24,000 bases of DNA from Wolbachia endosymbiont of Penenirmus auritus (GCA_029784575.1 JAJEUB010000001.1:29699-53698); one strand, 5' to 3'. Positions 1-8,458 are shown, counted from the first letter of the stretch. Notes: generated by a model from the sequence alone, not told the origin. Numbers and translations: made by a program.

Positions 1-159
1 AATATAAAAATCTTCAGTATCGAGCTGAAAATGGTTATCCAAACCACTAAACTCGCCTAAATTGCGGAGGAAATTCTTACTTTCTTCGGTGAGCAATAAG
101 TTTGCAGAATGGTAATATTCATTGATTTTCTCACCTTTTTTTATGTAGAAGTGCAGCAT
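1..159 (-). CDS. hypothetical protein, N-terminal part only (gene runs off the left edge)
   Basis: ATG at 157-159 (minus) opens a frame that stays open to base 1 (MLHFYIKKGEKINEYYHSANLLLTEESKNF...). Absent from the ORF track because there is no stop in the window. No domain recognised. Confidence 0.3.
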   Translation of the reverse strand, partial: MLHFYIKKGEKINEYYHSANLLLTEESKNFLRNLGEFSGLDNHFQLDTEDFYI

Positions 160-186
160 ATTAATAGATTTTTGAATTTGTGGATC

Positions 187-411
187 TTATTTTCCGCTAG
201 AAATTTGGGATTTGAAGTCGTCTAATTCTTCAGAAAGACTTTTCACCCGTTCTTCAAGACGATATACCGTGACAGTTAAGCCGTTGTTCTGCTCTATGAG
301 TTTTTCGTGCATGTGTACTCGTAAGTCAAGTTTAGCGAGCCACCAGATTGTCGCTACAGTTTGCAGCGCTATCGTGACTATTACCGTTATCGGTACTTTT
401 TGATTTTGCAT
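187..411 (-). CDS. small membrane protein (N-terminal TM helix plus charged coiled-coil tail)
   Basis: 74-aa ORF. Hydrophobic PITVIVTIALQTVATIWWLA is followed by the heptad-like LEERVKSLSEELDDFKSQ. No family asserted. Confidence 0.5.
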   Translation of the reverse strand: MQNQKVPITVIVTIALQTVATIWWLAKLDLRVHMHEKLIEQNNGLTVTVYRLEERVKSLSEELDDFKSQISSGK

Positions 412-464
412 AATGTAATAATTTATTGTGGATAATTATTGAAACTGTTTGTTGTCAGTATGGC

Positions 465-1091
465 TTATTGCTCTTGCTTATACTGTTTTTCCGCCTTGTC
501 AAGCAAGTCTATGATTTCTTTATAAGGCTTATTGCTACTTTCATTATTTAACGACATTACAATTACTCGGCCTTTAGCTAAGTCCCTTGGTGTCTTTCCC
601 CTAAATTCTTTAGCATTTGGATTTGCGCCACTCTGTAACAAGAATTTGACAATTTCTAAATTACCTTGCTCTGCAGCGTAGTGTAAAACTGTTCTATTAT
701 TTAGGCTACCGTTTGTAGAATTGATATCAACTTTTTCTTCTATCAAAAATTGAACAGCTTCCAAACATCCTTGTTTTGCAGCATACCGTAATAACATTAT
801 CCCGAAATCTCGAGTATCATTAATATTTACTAAGTTTTTTACCAAGAACTTCTCAACTTCTACATTGCAGTTCTTAGCAGCAATCCATAATATCGATTCA
901 TAATTTTTAGCAGCTCCAGCATTTGCCGAGTTAATTTTCTCTTTATAACTATTAAAAAGGCTGACGATCCAAAAAAAGAGGAGTATTATCGCTACCAAGA
1001 TAATACTAACACCTGATTGTATATAGCTTGGACTTGGACTTGGGCCTGGGCCTGAAGTTGTGCGAAGAAACCGTCTTAAATGCTTATTCAT
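465..1091 (-). CDS. ankyrin-repeat protein with N-terminal membrane anchor
   Basis: Probable ATG at 1091 (MNKHLRRF). GPGPSPSPS linker, TM helix VSIILVAIILLFFWIVSLF, then ANK repeats (LLRYAAKQGCLEAVQFLIEEKVDIN; TVLHYAAEQGNLEIVKFLLQSGANPN; KTPRDLA). Confidence 0.85.
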   Translation of the reverse strand: MNKHLRRFLRTTSGPGPSPSPSYIQSGVSIILVAIILLFFWIVSLFNSYKEKINSANAGAAKNYESILWIAAKNCNVEVEKFLVKNLVNINDTRDFGIMLLRYAAKQGCLEAVQFLIEEKVDINSTNGSLNNRTVLHYAAEQGNLEIVKFLLQSGANPNAKEFRGKTPRDLAKGRVIVMSLNNESSNKPYKEIIDLLDKAEKQYKQEQ

Positions 1092-1145
1092 ACACACCTA
1101 TATCGCTTCTACTCAACATTAGACTATTATTGAATTAAGTTTCCC

Positions 1146-2095
1146 TTAATTAAATTTGCTTATTGCTGCTTCTACCGTAGTTTGGTATCCCTTGCTATCT
1201 AGAGTATGTCCTGCTTTATCAATTACCCACTCACCATCTATATCCTGATTGAACCCTACAAGATTAAGTTTTGCCTCTGCACATAACTCTGGATTTCCTG
1301 GTATTGTTATCTCTAAAGTCTCATTATTACGTTGTAGTTGTTTGAATCTGGCTTTTGCTGCACTAATTGCTGATTCTGCATTTGGATAAATTGTCTGTAT
1401 AGCGTAACTTGGTTCACCGCTGCCTACTGTTTCTGATATCTGTTCTCCCTTTTCATAGCTTTGCCATTTTGCTATCACTGAATTGTATTTATCACGTACA
1501 GTAAAATGCACTTTCCAATTGATTGTGTCTTGAGGTCTGATAGTCGTTGTTCCTAAAACCTTTCCTGTTGCTGATTTTGCTGCACCTTTTGGAATAAATA
1601 ATATATATCCTCCTGCTAATTTTGCCATGGCTTCTCGCTCTATAGCTATTCTAGTCAACAAATTTATGTCACTTTCTTCAGTCTGATCAATGTGTGGTAT
1701 TAATATATCTTTAAATTCTTCAACAACTTTGTATCCATATCCGTGCTTATTTGCTATTTCTTTAACTAAATCACCCAGTGTAATCTGGTCCCATGCCCTA
1801 GATACTTTTTCCTTTAGTGATATCATCAAGTTTGTCGCATGAGCTTTGATTGTTAAGATTTGTGGTGGCTCTGTAATGTAATTTCATTGACTGTATATAC
1901 ACCTATGGGTAGTACTCCTGTTTCTTTATATCCCAAAGAAACTTTGAGCTCTTTTGGAATCTTTATGTTATCATCCCTGTAATCAATACATACTTCAGCT
2001 ACGTCTTCTATAGTTCCTGATTGATCAGTAATGTGCATTGACACTAAACGATCTTTTGTTAATCTATACCCTTCAATGACAAACTCTGGTTGCAT
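1146..2095 (-). pseudogene. gpD: P2 gpD-like late control/tail protein D, split by a 1-nt frameshift
   Basis: Two adjacent ORFs in different frames (2095->1853, 80 aa; 1829->1146, 227 aa). The second frame is open upstream of its listed start and reads EPPQILTIKAHATNLMISLKEKVSRAWDQITLGDLVKEIA, which continues naturally from ...GVYTVNEITLQ of the first ORF. Joined, they have gpD-like length and motifs. The shift is near 1868-1873. Confidence 0.75.
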
Positions 2096-2096
2096 T

Positions 2097-2306
2097 TTAC
2101 CTCCAAATCTTTAGGGTTGATTTCTGTAGAGGTTTTTCAATTACAGGCAGCTTGATTTTCAGTCCTGCCGGCAAAAAGCTTCCATATTCCGCAAGTCCAG
2201 GGTTTTCTTCTAATACTATTTCTACTGCTCCTGAAGTAAATCCATAGTGCTTCCAGCAAATATAGTCCAACATGTCATTTTCTTTTGTTGAGTAATATAT
2301 AGTCAT
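2097..2306 (-). CDS. gpX: tail protein X (P2 gpX-like, LysM-type)
   Basis: 69 aa. DMLDYICWKHYG...VLEENPGLA...LPAGLKIKLP matches the gpX pattern. Overlaps the upstream gpU stop by 4 nt. Confidence 0.8.
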   Translation of the reverse strand: MTIYYSTKENDMLDYICWKHYGFTSGAVEIVLEENPGLAEYGSFLPAGLKIKLPVIEKPLQKSTLKIWR

Positions 2307-2647
2307 GAATAAAGCTTCAAACTTAAATTAAATTCAACTTTTTTTGGTAACCCACAAGGGAAAAATGACGTTCGCTTTTCTTCAAAACGAGTAATTACAA
2401 ATCGTCCTAAAACATTTCCCATGCCATCAACTAAAGTGCGGGGTATTTGATTTGCTTCTGCTTCTTTCATATTCTTTAATTCACTTAAATTATTAAGATA
2501 AATAACCCCTTCTAGGTCTATATTTTCTGCCCCTCTACCAATGTTCTGTAGTGACTGCTTGCCAATACACTCAACCACACTCCAACGCTTCTCTTTGCTG
2601 TACTTTAAACTCGTTGGAGAAATTTTATATGGACCAAGGGATAACAT
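2303..2647 (-). CDS. gpU: tail protein U (P2 gpU-like)
   Basis: 114 aa. The C-terminal GRFVITRFEEKRTSFFPCGLPKKVEFNLSLK resembles gpU. Sits between tape measure and X/D as in P2-type tails. Confidence 0.8.
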   Translation of the reverse strand: MLSLGPYKISPTSLKYSKEKRWSVVECIGKQSLQNIGRGAENIDLEGVIYLNNLSELKNMKEAEANQIPRTLVDGMGNVLGRFVITRFEEKRTSFFPCGLPKKVEFNLSLKLYS

Positions 2648-5085
2648 TAGTAAATTGGATCTACGGTATCAAACATAACATCTCTTGATTTTTCTCTTAT
2701 TCTTTTTATTACTTCATCTGCAAGGCTACGGACATCTTGATTTGGCTCTGCTTTAATATTGATATGATAATTATTAGTGATGTGTTGAGTTTTATTTAAA
2801 ATCTTTTGTTCTTTATTCTCAAATTTGCTCTTTGCAAAATCTGCTATTATCTTATCATTTTCTGTAGACTTTTTCTCCCCAATAAGGCTTTTATTATTCT
2901 TTCTTCTTTCAGCCATTTCTTTCATTATACTGCTACTTAGCAAAGGATTTCCATTACTGAGAATGTTGCTATTTATGGGAGTATGGACCGCCTTTATTTT
3001 AGTAACAACACTTTCTCTTTTTTCAAACTCTTTAACTGGGCTATTTTCAGATACTTTTCCAAATATACTGCCGACAATATTTCCCATCCATGAGAACATC
3101 TCTCCAATGGGTTTTATTATCGATTTTATATACTCCCAAATACTAGAGAAAAAGTTCTTCACCTTCTTCCAGTTAGCTATCACAACTGCTGCACCAGTGA
3201 CCAGCCCGGCAATTAAAAGCCCTATAGGGTTACTGATTACAGCAAGTGTTACTGCTCTGAGTCCTGTTACCACTGCAGGTAAAACTGATGATAGCATAGG
3301 AAAAGCTCTTGTTGCTAAACTCAAAGTTGTAGCTTTTAAAAAACTCAGTCCAGTAATTACCGCTGGAATAGCATATGTTGACAATGATATTATTGTCGGC
3401 AGAAATCCGTGCAAAGCAACTGAGAAAGCGAGCATTCCCCCTCTAATTAAATTCCATGCATAACCACCACTCACTATTAGAACTTTAAGACCTACTAGTG
3501 CTGTTATGATACTCATTATTGTTGTAGTAATAAACGGACACTTTTCCGCAAGCCAAGCTATGGGTTGGGTTATCTTTCTTAAAAGACTACTTACCCATTT
3601 TAAAGGAGGTAGCATTACTGAGCCCAGGTTCATTCCCACCTCTGCTATCGCATTCCTAAGTAACCGTAAATTATTTGCTGTAGTTGCTGCACGGTTGTTA
3701 AACTCTTTTTGCATGGACTGTTTAAATTCTTCCTCATCAGCTAAATTCTTTATGGCATCTTTATAATTCTTTAAGCTCCCAACTAGTAACGCAATATCAT
3801 CCTGATATTCTTGACCAAACAGATCTAGAAGAATTTGCGAACGTTCCTGTTTATCTACTTTTTCCAGAGTTTCAAAAAAATAAATTAGTGCATCTTGGCC
3901 ATTTTGGCTAATTCTTTGGGTCATCTCTTCTGCGGTTATTCCCATATCTTCCAGTGCTGCTTTGAACTCTTTGCCTTGTCCCTCAGCGGTCTGAAGTTTA
4001 CTAAGTAGAGCATTTATTGCAGTTGCTGCTTTTGCTGGTTGTTTGCCTAGGCTAATGAAGGCATTTACTAAACCACTTGTTTCCTTGATATCAAGACCAA
4101 ACTGTTTTGCAGTACCACCAACTATAGCAAGCGCTTTAACCATATCTCCTGCCTTAGCAGCACTATTATCTGACAGGTGATTTATAATGTCACCCACTCT
4201 TTCCATTTCTGCTACTTCAATTCCATAAACATTGGCAAGTTTAGCTATAGAATCACCTGCTTCTTCTGCAGACATATCAAACGCTGTAGCCATTTTAGAT
4301 ACTGTTTCTGTAAATGAAAGCAGTTTCTCTTTATTAATACCAAGTTGGCCACCACTTGCAGCTATTTGTGCTAACTCTGCAGCCGATAGTGGTATTGTAC
4401 GAGACATTTCCTTTAATTTCTGGCCAAATTCTGCGGCTTTTTCATTATGAATTGCATCATCCTTATCAAATTGCACTACTTTTTTAACATCAGCCATAGC
4501 ACTTTCAAAGTCAATCGCAACTTTAATTGGAGCTGCAAGTGTTAATGCAAGTCCAGCCGTCTCCAACATTTGCGATTTAAAGTGCGCTTTTCTCCCCAAA
4601 AACATGTCCCGTTTCTTGATAGCGGAATCTAACTTGGTATATTGACTTCTCAGCTTTTCTGCAGAAGCACCAAGTTTATATTGATCCTTTATCAGGGACT
4701 GAATATTTTTTCCACTTTTCCTTACTTCTTCACTGAATGCATGTAGAGCATCTCTCTTCTGCAAGTACGCTGCTTTGGCCTTCATTGCCGATTCTTTAGC
4801 TTTATCAAACTTGGCCTTCAAAGTTTTGCTTGGCTTTTCTGTGCTCTTTATCTGTTTAACTAAAGATGTTACTTGCTTTTCTAATTTGTTCCAGGATACC
4901 TTTGCTGTTAAAGCTCCATGTTTTAATTCCTTAAATTTTGATACCGATTTCATTGAGGCATCAAGTTGCTTTACTGTACTTCCAAGACGGGAAAGTTGAG
5001 CACTACTACCAGTCATTGTACTACTAAAGCTACCATCTAGTACCGCACCTATTTTTATTAATAATGATGGTTTGGTAGAAGTCAT
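2647..5085 (-). CDS. gpT: tail tape measure protein
   Basis: 812 aa with a coiled-coil N-terminus. Tape-measure core (SRTIPLSAAELAQIAASGGQLGI...MATAFDMSAEEAGDSIAKLANVYG) and long hydrophobic Gly/Ala/Leu segments. The listed ATG (5083-5085) lies inside the intron 3' helix, so the true start is uncertain. Confidence 0.9.
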   Translation of the reverse strand: MTSTKPSLLIKIGAVLDGSFSSTMTGSSAQLSRLGSTVKQLDASMKSVSKFKELKHGALTAKVSWNKLEKQVTSLVKQIKSTEKPSKTLKAKFDKAKESAMKAKAAYLQKRDALHAFSEEVRKSGKNIQSLIKDQYKLGASAEKLRSQYTKLDSAIKKRDMFLGRKAHFKSQMLETAGLALTLAAPIKVAIDFESAMADVKKVVQFDKDDAIHNEKAAEFGQKLKEMSRTIPLSAAELAQIAASGGQLGINKEKLLSFTETVSKMATAFDMSAEEAGDSIAKLANVYGIEVAEMERVGDIINHLSDNSAAKAGDMVKALAIVGGTAKQFGLDIKETSGLVNAFISLGKQPAKAATAINALLSKLQTAEGQGKEFKAALEDMGITAEEMTQRISQNGQDALIYFFETLEKVDKQERSQILLDLFGQEYQDDIALLVGSLKNYKDAIKNLADEEEFKQSMQKEFNNRAATTANNLRLLRNAIAEVGMNLGSVMLPPLKWVSSLLRKITQPIAWLAEKCPFITTTIMSIITALVGLKVLIVSGGYAWNLIRGGMLAFSVALHGFLPTIISLSTYAIPAVITGLSFLKATTLSLATRAFPMLSSVLPAVVTGLRAVTLAVISNPIGLLIAGLVTGAAVVIANWKKVKNFFSSIWEYIKSIIKPIGEMFSWMGNIVGSIFGKVSENSPVKEFEKRESVVTKIKAVHTPINSNILSNGNPLLSSSIMKEMAERRKNNKSLIGEKKSTENDKIIADFAKSKFENKEQKILNKTQHITNNYHINIKAEPNQDVRSLADEVIKRIREKSRDVMFDTVDPIY

Positions 5086-5132
5086 AATCCTGTCCCCCTT
5101 GCTTGGGTTTTATTTTTATGACTCCCCCACAA

Positions 5133-5165
5133 GAACCGTGCTTGCAACTTTCTTGCACACGGCTC
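5133..5165 (-). ncRNA. group II intron domain V (outer intron)
   Basis: GAGCCGTGTGCAAGAAAGTTGCAAGCACGGTTC. AGC triad, 8-bp lower stem GAGCCGUG/CACGGUUC, 2-nt AG bulge, upper stem UGCAA/UUGCA. Confidence 0.85.
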
Positions 5166-5184
5166 CACAATAATAGCGTGTCTG

Positions 5185-5833
5185 GTAGAGATCATAACTT
5201 TTAAATCCTCCTATTAGGTTTCACTGCTATGATCCCCCCAACAGAACCGTGCTTGCGATTTTCCCGCACACGGCTCTTCAGTGTAGCATTCACAGCATTT
5301 TTTTTAACTTCTGCTATTTGGTTTACTTTTCCTTGTCTCATATTCCAACCTCTGTTGTGATGGTGTAACAACCCATAAGCCAGTTTCTACACTGCTGACC
5401 ACTTCCCCTTGCATGTGGCTTTCCCACACTCTGAGTACTATCAACCAGTCCGACTTCCTTTATATCTTTCGTCAGTTCTCGCCTTTGTTGACTTGTCCCA
5501 ACGTACCTTAACAGGAATACAAAGGATCTCCCAAGTTTACGTAAACTCCATCTCAACACATGACACGGCCTCAGATCCCGATAGAGTGAATGATAACTTG
5601 CCTTATCGTTATCCTTCGTGCTGTCTTCCACTCCATGAAAAGTGTCGACCTCCATGATGTTGGTAATTTCGGGACTCAATACCTTCACTTTCGTTGCATC
5701 CTGTATTGTCCGTTCCATTAGCTTTACTACGCTCGTTACCTTACGTAGTATAATGGTCTGTTCTAGGCTGTTGGCTAGACTTTGCCTAGGTTGGATTTTC
5801 ACCAACTGAATTTACGCACTTTGCTTGGCGCAC
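5185..5833 (-). mobile_element. ORF-less group II intron derivative nested in domain IV of the outer intron
   Basis: A second GTGCGCCAAG 5' end at 5833, 14 nt after the RT stop. Second copy of the 5' domains, very similar by eye to 7646-7150. RT ORF reduced to a remnant (MRQGKVNQIA vs MQRKLNQIA). Own domain V at 5244-5276 and terminal helix ending ...ATGATCTCTAC at 5185. Confidence 0.65.
5244..5276 (-). ncRNA. group II intron domain V (inner intron)
   Basis: GAGCCGTGTGCGGGAAAATCGCAAGCACGGTTC. Same fold as the outer copy, with a compensatory A-U to G-C change in the upper stem. Confidence 0.85.
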
Positions 5834-5847
5834 TCACGATATACCTC

Positions 5848-7149
5848 CTATGTATATAAAGAAAAACATATTTTTGGCTTTGGTAGTGGATTGACTTGTG
5901 CGTAATGCTTAAATTGTTCCCAATTCATGCTCTTTTTCTGGCTACGCCGGTTTATCCACTTAAACGTTAGCTTCCTTACCGCCAGCTCGAACTTACTGAG
6001 CCATCGATAATTTCCGCTAATCCCGAAGTAGTTATAGTGTCCTCTTAGTTTAGCTTTTAGTATTTGCCACCAGTCTTTAAGACGAATATGATTACGAATC
6101 GTTTTTAACCATTCTTTGATTTCTTTGAGTTTCCTAGCTAGGCTCACTTTTGAGGTTTTATGCCCCATAATTAGCCTACCCTTACGACTCTTTGCACTGT
6201 AGTGTGTAAATCCTAGAAAATTGAAACTTTCTGTTTTCTTCTTCTCTCTCTTTGCCTGGTACCACTCCTTCTTGCCAAACTTTACTATCCTTGTTTTATT
6301 TTCAGCTACTTCCAAACCAAACTTGGCTAGTCTTTGTCTCAGTGCTTCTAGAGATTCTTTAGCGTCCTCCTCACTTTCACAGCACACCACAAGGTCATCT
6401 GCATACCTGACCAGCTCCATATATCCTTTAGACTTTGGTTTTACTTTCTTTTCAAACCATAGATCTAGTACATAATGTAGATATATGTTAGCTAATACTG
6501 GGCTTACTATTCCTCCCTGAGGTGCTCCTTGTGTAGTTGCCTCATAACGTCCAGCTTCCATAACTCCAGCTTTAAGGAATTGCTTTATTAACCACAATAG
6601 ATTTGGGTCAGATATTCGTTCCCTTAAACACCTCATTAGCCATTTATGCTGAATATTATCGTAGAACTTCTTTATGTCCACTTCCACAATGTAGTTTGTT
6701 GGCTTGTACATAACTGCTTTATCTAATGCTTTAACCGCTTGGTGACAACTTCTACCAGGTCGAAAACCATATGACTGGTCTAGAAAATTTGCCTCATATA
6801 TATTTTCCAATATTTTCTTTAGCACTATCTGTACCAGCTTATCCTCTGTCGATGGTATTCCGAGCCCGCGTTTTTCTTCGCTTCCAGCTTTTGGTATATA
6901 TACCCTTTTCACTGGTTGCGGTTGATATTGCTTTCTCTTCATACTATCCACCAGAATTTTAAGCTTCTCTTCAAGATTTTCTCCGTAGGCTTCTACTGTC
7001 ACCTGGTCTATACCGCAAGCCTTATTGCGTTTTAGTTCTTTATAACATAAGGCGAGATTTTCTGCATTTATCAGATGAACTAGTGATGTAAATTTCACTC
7101 GTTTATCCCGCTTCGCTCTTATCGCTATCTGGTTTAGTTTTCTTTGCAT
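5848..7149 (-). CDS. group II intron reverse transcriptase/maturase (no endonuclease domain)
   Basis: RT motifs GIPSTEDKLVQ, FRPGRSCHQA, QGAPQGGIVSPVLANIYL and YADD (VRYADDLVVCC), plus maturase X region (RGHYNYFG). Start taken at ATG 7149, preceded by GGAGGA. The protein ends right after the X domain. Confidence 0.92.
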   Translation of the reverse strand: MQRKLNQIAIRAKRDKRVKFTSLVHLINAENLALCYKELKRNKACGIDQVTVEAYGENLEEKLKILVDSMKRKQYQPQPVKRVYIPKAGSEEKRGLGIPSTEDKLVQIVLKKILENIYEANFLDQSYGFRPGRSCHQAVKALDKAVMYKPTNYIVEVDIKKFYDNIQHKWLMRCLRERISDPNLLWLIKQFLKAGVMEAGRYEATTQGAPQGGIVSPVLANIYLHYVLDLWFEKKVKPKSKGYMELVRYADDLVVCCESEEDAKESLEALRQRLAKFGLEVAENKTRIVKFGKKEWYQAKREKKKTESFNFLGFTHYSAKSRKGRLIMGHKTSKVSLARKLKEIKEWLKTIRNHIRLKDWWQILKAKLRGHYNYFGISGNYRWLSKFELAVRKLTFKWINRRSQKKSMNWEQFKHYAQVNPLPKPKICFSLYT

Positions 7150-7646
7150 ATTCCTCCAACCTCTGTTGTATTGGTATTGCAATCCCTATTCCAGTTGCTA
7201 TATTGCTGATCGCTTCCCCTTGTATGCGGCTTTCCCGCACTCTGAGTACTATCAATCAGTCCGACTTCCTTTGTATCTTTCGTTAGTCCTCGCCTTTGTT
7301 GACTTGTTCTCACGTACCTTAATAGGAATACAAAGGATCTCCCAAGTTCATTTAGAATCCATCTCAATACATGATACGGCCTACGATCCCGATGGAGTGA
7401 GTGATAACTTGCCTTGTCGTTATCCTTCATGCTGTCTTCCACTAAAATGCAAAATGTCGACCTCCATGATGTTGAAAATTTCGGGACTCAATACCTTCAC
7501 TTTCGTTGCACCCTGTATTGTCCATTCCATTAGCTTTACCACGCTCGTTACCTTACGCAGTATAATGGTTTGTTCTAGGCTGTTGGCTAGGCTTTGCCTA
7601 GGTTGGATTTTCACCAACTGTGTTCTCAACGCTTCTCTTGGCGCAC

Positions 7647-7790
7647 ACATTTAAATTTCTCCGCAGCTTTGGTCCACAAAATAAACTCGTCTATTTCCAT
7701 TTCAAGTATGTGTCCAATGCCACCTCCTGTTACGGAACTTAACATTAACACATTTAGTCTCAAATCCTTTATGTAACCGATGGAAAAAAA
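7647..7790 (-). other. -1 frame E' extension of gpE (gpE+E' frameshift product, exon-1 part) including T7 slippery run
   Basis: Seven consecutive T (minus strand, 7784-7790) in zero-frame GA T TTT TTT, four codons before the gpE stop. The -1 frame stays open for 46 codons (SIGYIKDLRLNVLMLSSVTGGGIGHILEMEIDEFILWTKAAEKFKC), exactly up to the intron 5' junction at 7647. Confidence 0.55.
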
Positions 7791-8017
7791 TCTTTCAACG
7801 CTTCCTGTATTTTTATGTAGTCTGTAAAGTATAATTCTAAAATGGTTTCTTTTGTAACCAATGCTAGATTAGCTATTAACCCTACCTCTTTTTCAAAGTC
7901 ACTACTACCAGCACGTTCCATTGCTAAGCAGTCTCTCACTTTAACTGGTCTAAAAGTTAATTCTGAAACCTCAATTCCATCTACTGTTATTGGGTGTTCA
8001 AGTTTTACTGTTTTCAT
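7769..8017 (-). CDS. gpE: tail assembly chaperone (P2 gpE-like)
   Basis: 82 aa. HPITVDGIEVSELTFRPVKVRDCLAMERAG...LIANLALVTKETILELYFTDY fits the gpE pattern. Located between the tube and tape measure genes. Confidence 0.75.
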   Translation of the reverse strand: MKTVKLEHPITVDGIEVSELTFRPVKVRDCLAMERAGSSDFEKEVGLIANLALVTKETILELYFTDYIKIQEALKDFFPSVT

Positions 8018-8140
8018 GTGTTTTTCTCCTAAAAAGTTAATTAAATAAAAGTCTACATTGGCCTTTTACATAACTAATTTTTTTTACTTGAATTGTAGAA
8101 GTTGTGTTTTATTGAAGTAGTAACGATTTTACATCTGAAT

Positions 8141-8158
8141 TTTTTCAATAAAAAAGTG
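8141..8158. repeat. direct repeat flanking the TA cassette (downstream copy)
   Basis: TTTTTCAATAAAAAAGTG here versus TTTTTCAATAAGAAAAGTG at 8721-8739 (one extra G). The two copies bracket the toxin-antitoxin pair. Confidence 0.6.
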
Positions 8159-8167
8159 AAAATATGT

Positions 8168-8458
8168 TTAGTGTATATTAAGTATCTTTTTAGCCTTCTC
8201 GTAAATGGTCCCTCTATGTCCTACTGTAACTATGGTTACTTCATATTTTGAAGTGTTTACATCATATAGAACACGGTAATCACCAACCCTCAGTCCTTTA
8301 TACCCTTTAAGGCTATGGTCCAACGTTTTACCAAGATTAATAGGGTCAACCGTAAGCCGCTCGTTTATTGCTTTTATAATCCTTTTCCTTACTGTTTTCG
8401 GAAGACTTGGAAGATCTTTTTCGAGAACATTGTCTAGGTAGATAATAGTGTATCCCAA
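8168..8458 (-). CDS. type II toxin, RelE/ParE family
   Basis: 96 aa. ...KRIIKAINERLTVDP...LKGYKGLRVGDYRVLYDVN...VTIVTVGHRGTIY is the classic RelE/ParE signature. TTG start overlaps the antitoxin 3' end by 25 nt. Confidence 0.85.
   Translation of the reverse strand: MGYTIIYLDNVLEKDLPSLPKTVRKRIIKAINERLTVDPINLGKTLDHSLKGYKGLRVGDYRVLYDVNTSKYEVTIVTVGHRGTIYEKAKKILNIH

Larger units (their letters stand above)
5075..7646 (-). mobile_element. group II intron, full-length outer copy (contains RT ORF and a nested second intron)
   Basis: Minus-strand 5' end GTGCGCCAAGAG starts at 7646. About 500 nt of structured 5' domains, then the RT/maturase ORF and domain V at 5133-5165. The terminal helix ends ...ATGACTTCTAC at 5075. 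Confidence 0.85.

Noticed and set aside
2825-4999. Plus-strand ORFs 2825-3463, 3506-3766, 4232-4450 and 4775-4999
   Set aside because: All lie antisense inside the well-supported tape-measure gene. Their Leu/Phe/Ser/Ile-rich, low-complexity translations are typical of the antisense frame of AT-rich coding DNA.
5082-5195. 37-codon ORF (MISTRHAIIVEPCARKLQARF...) from the inner-intron ATG to a TGA overlapping the tape-measure ATG
   Set aside because: It spans domain V and the terminal helix of the outer intron, so it is most likely a by-product of the conserved RNA sequence.
5338-5805. 155-aa minus ORF, and the plus ORF at 5409-5657
   Set aside because: They lie in the 5' ribozyme domains of the inner group II intron. 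The same pseudo-protein recurs, broken up, in the outer copy. The conservation is at RNA level.
7134-7654. ORFs 7134-7442 (-), 7420-7650 (-), 7166-7654 (+) and 7594-7776 (+)
   Set aside because: They cover the 5' ribozyme domains of the outer intron and the intron/exon junction. No coding signal independent of the intron RNA.
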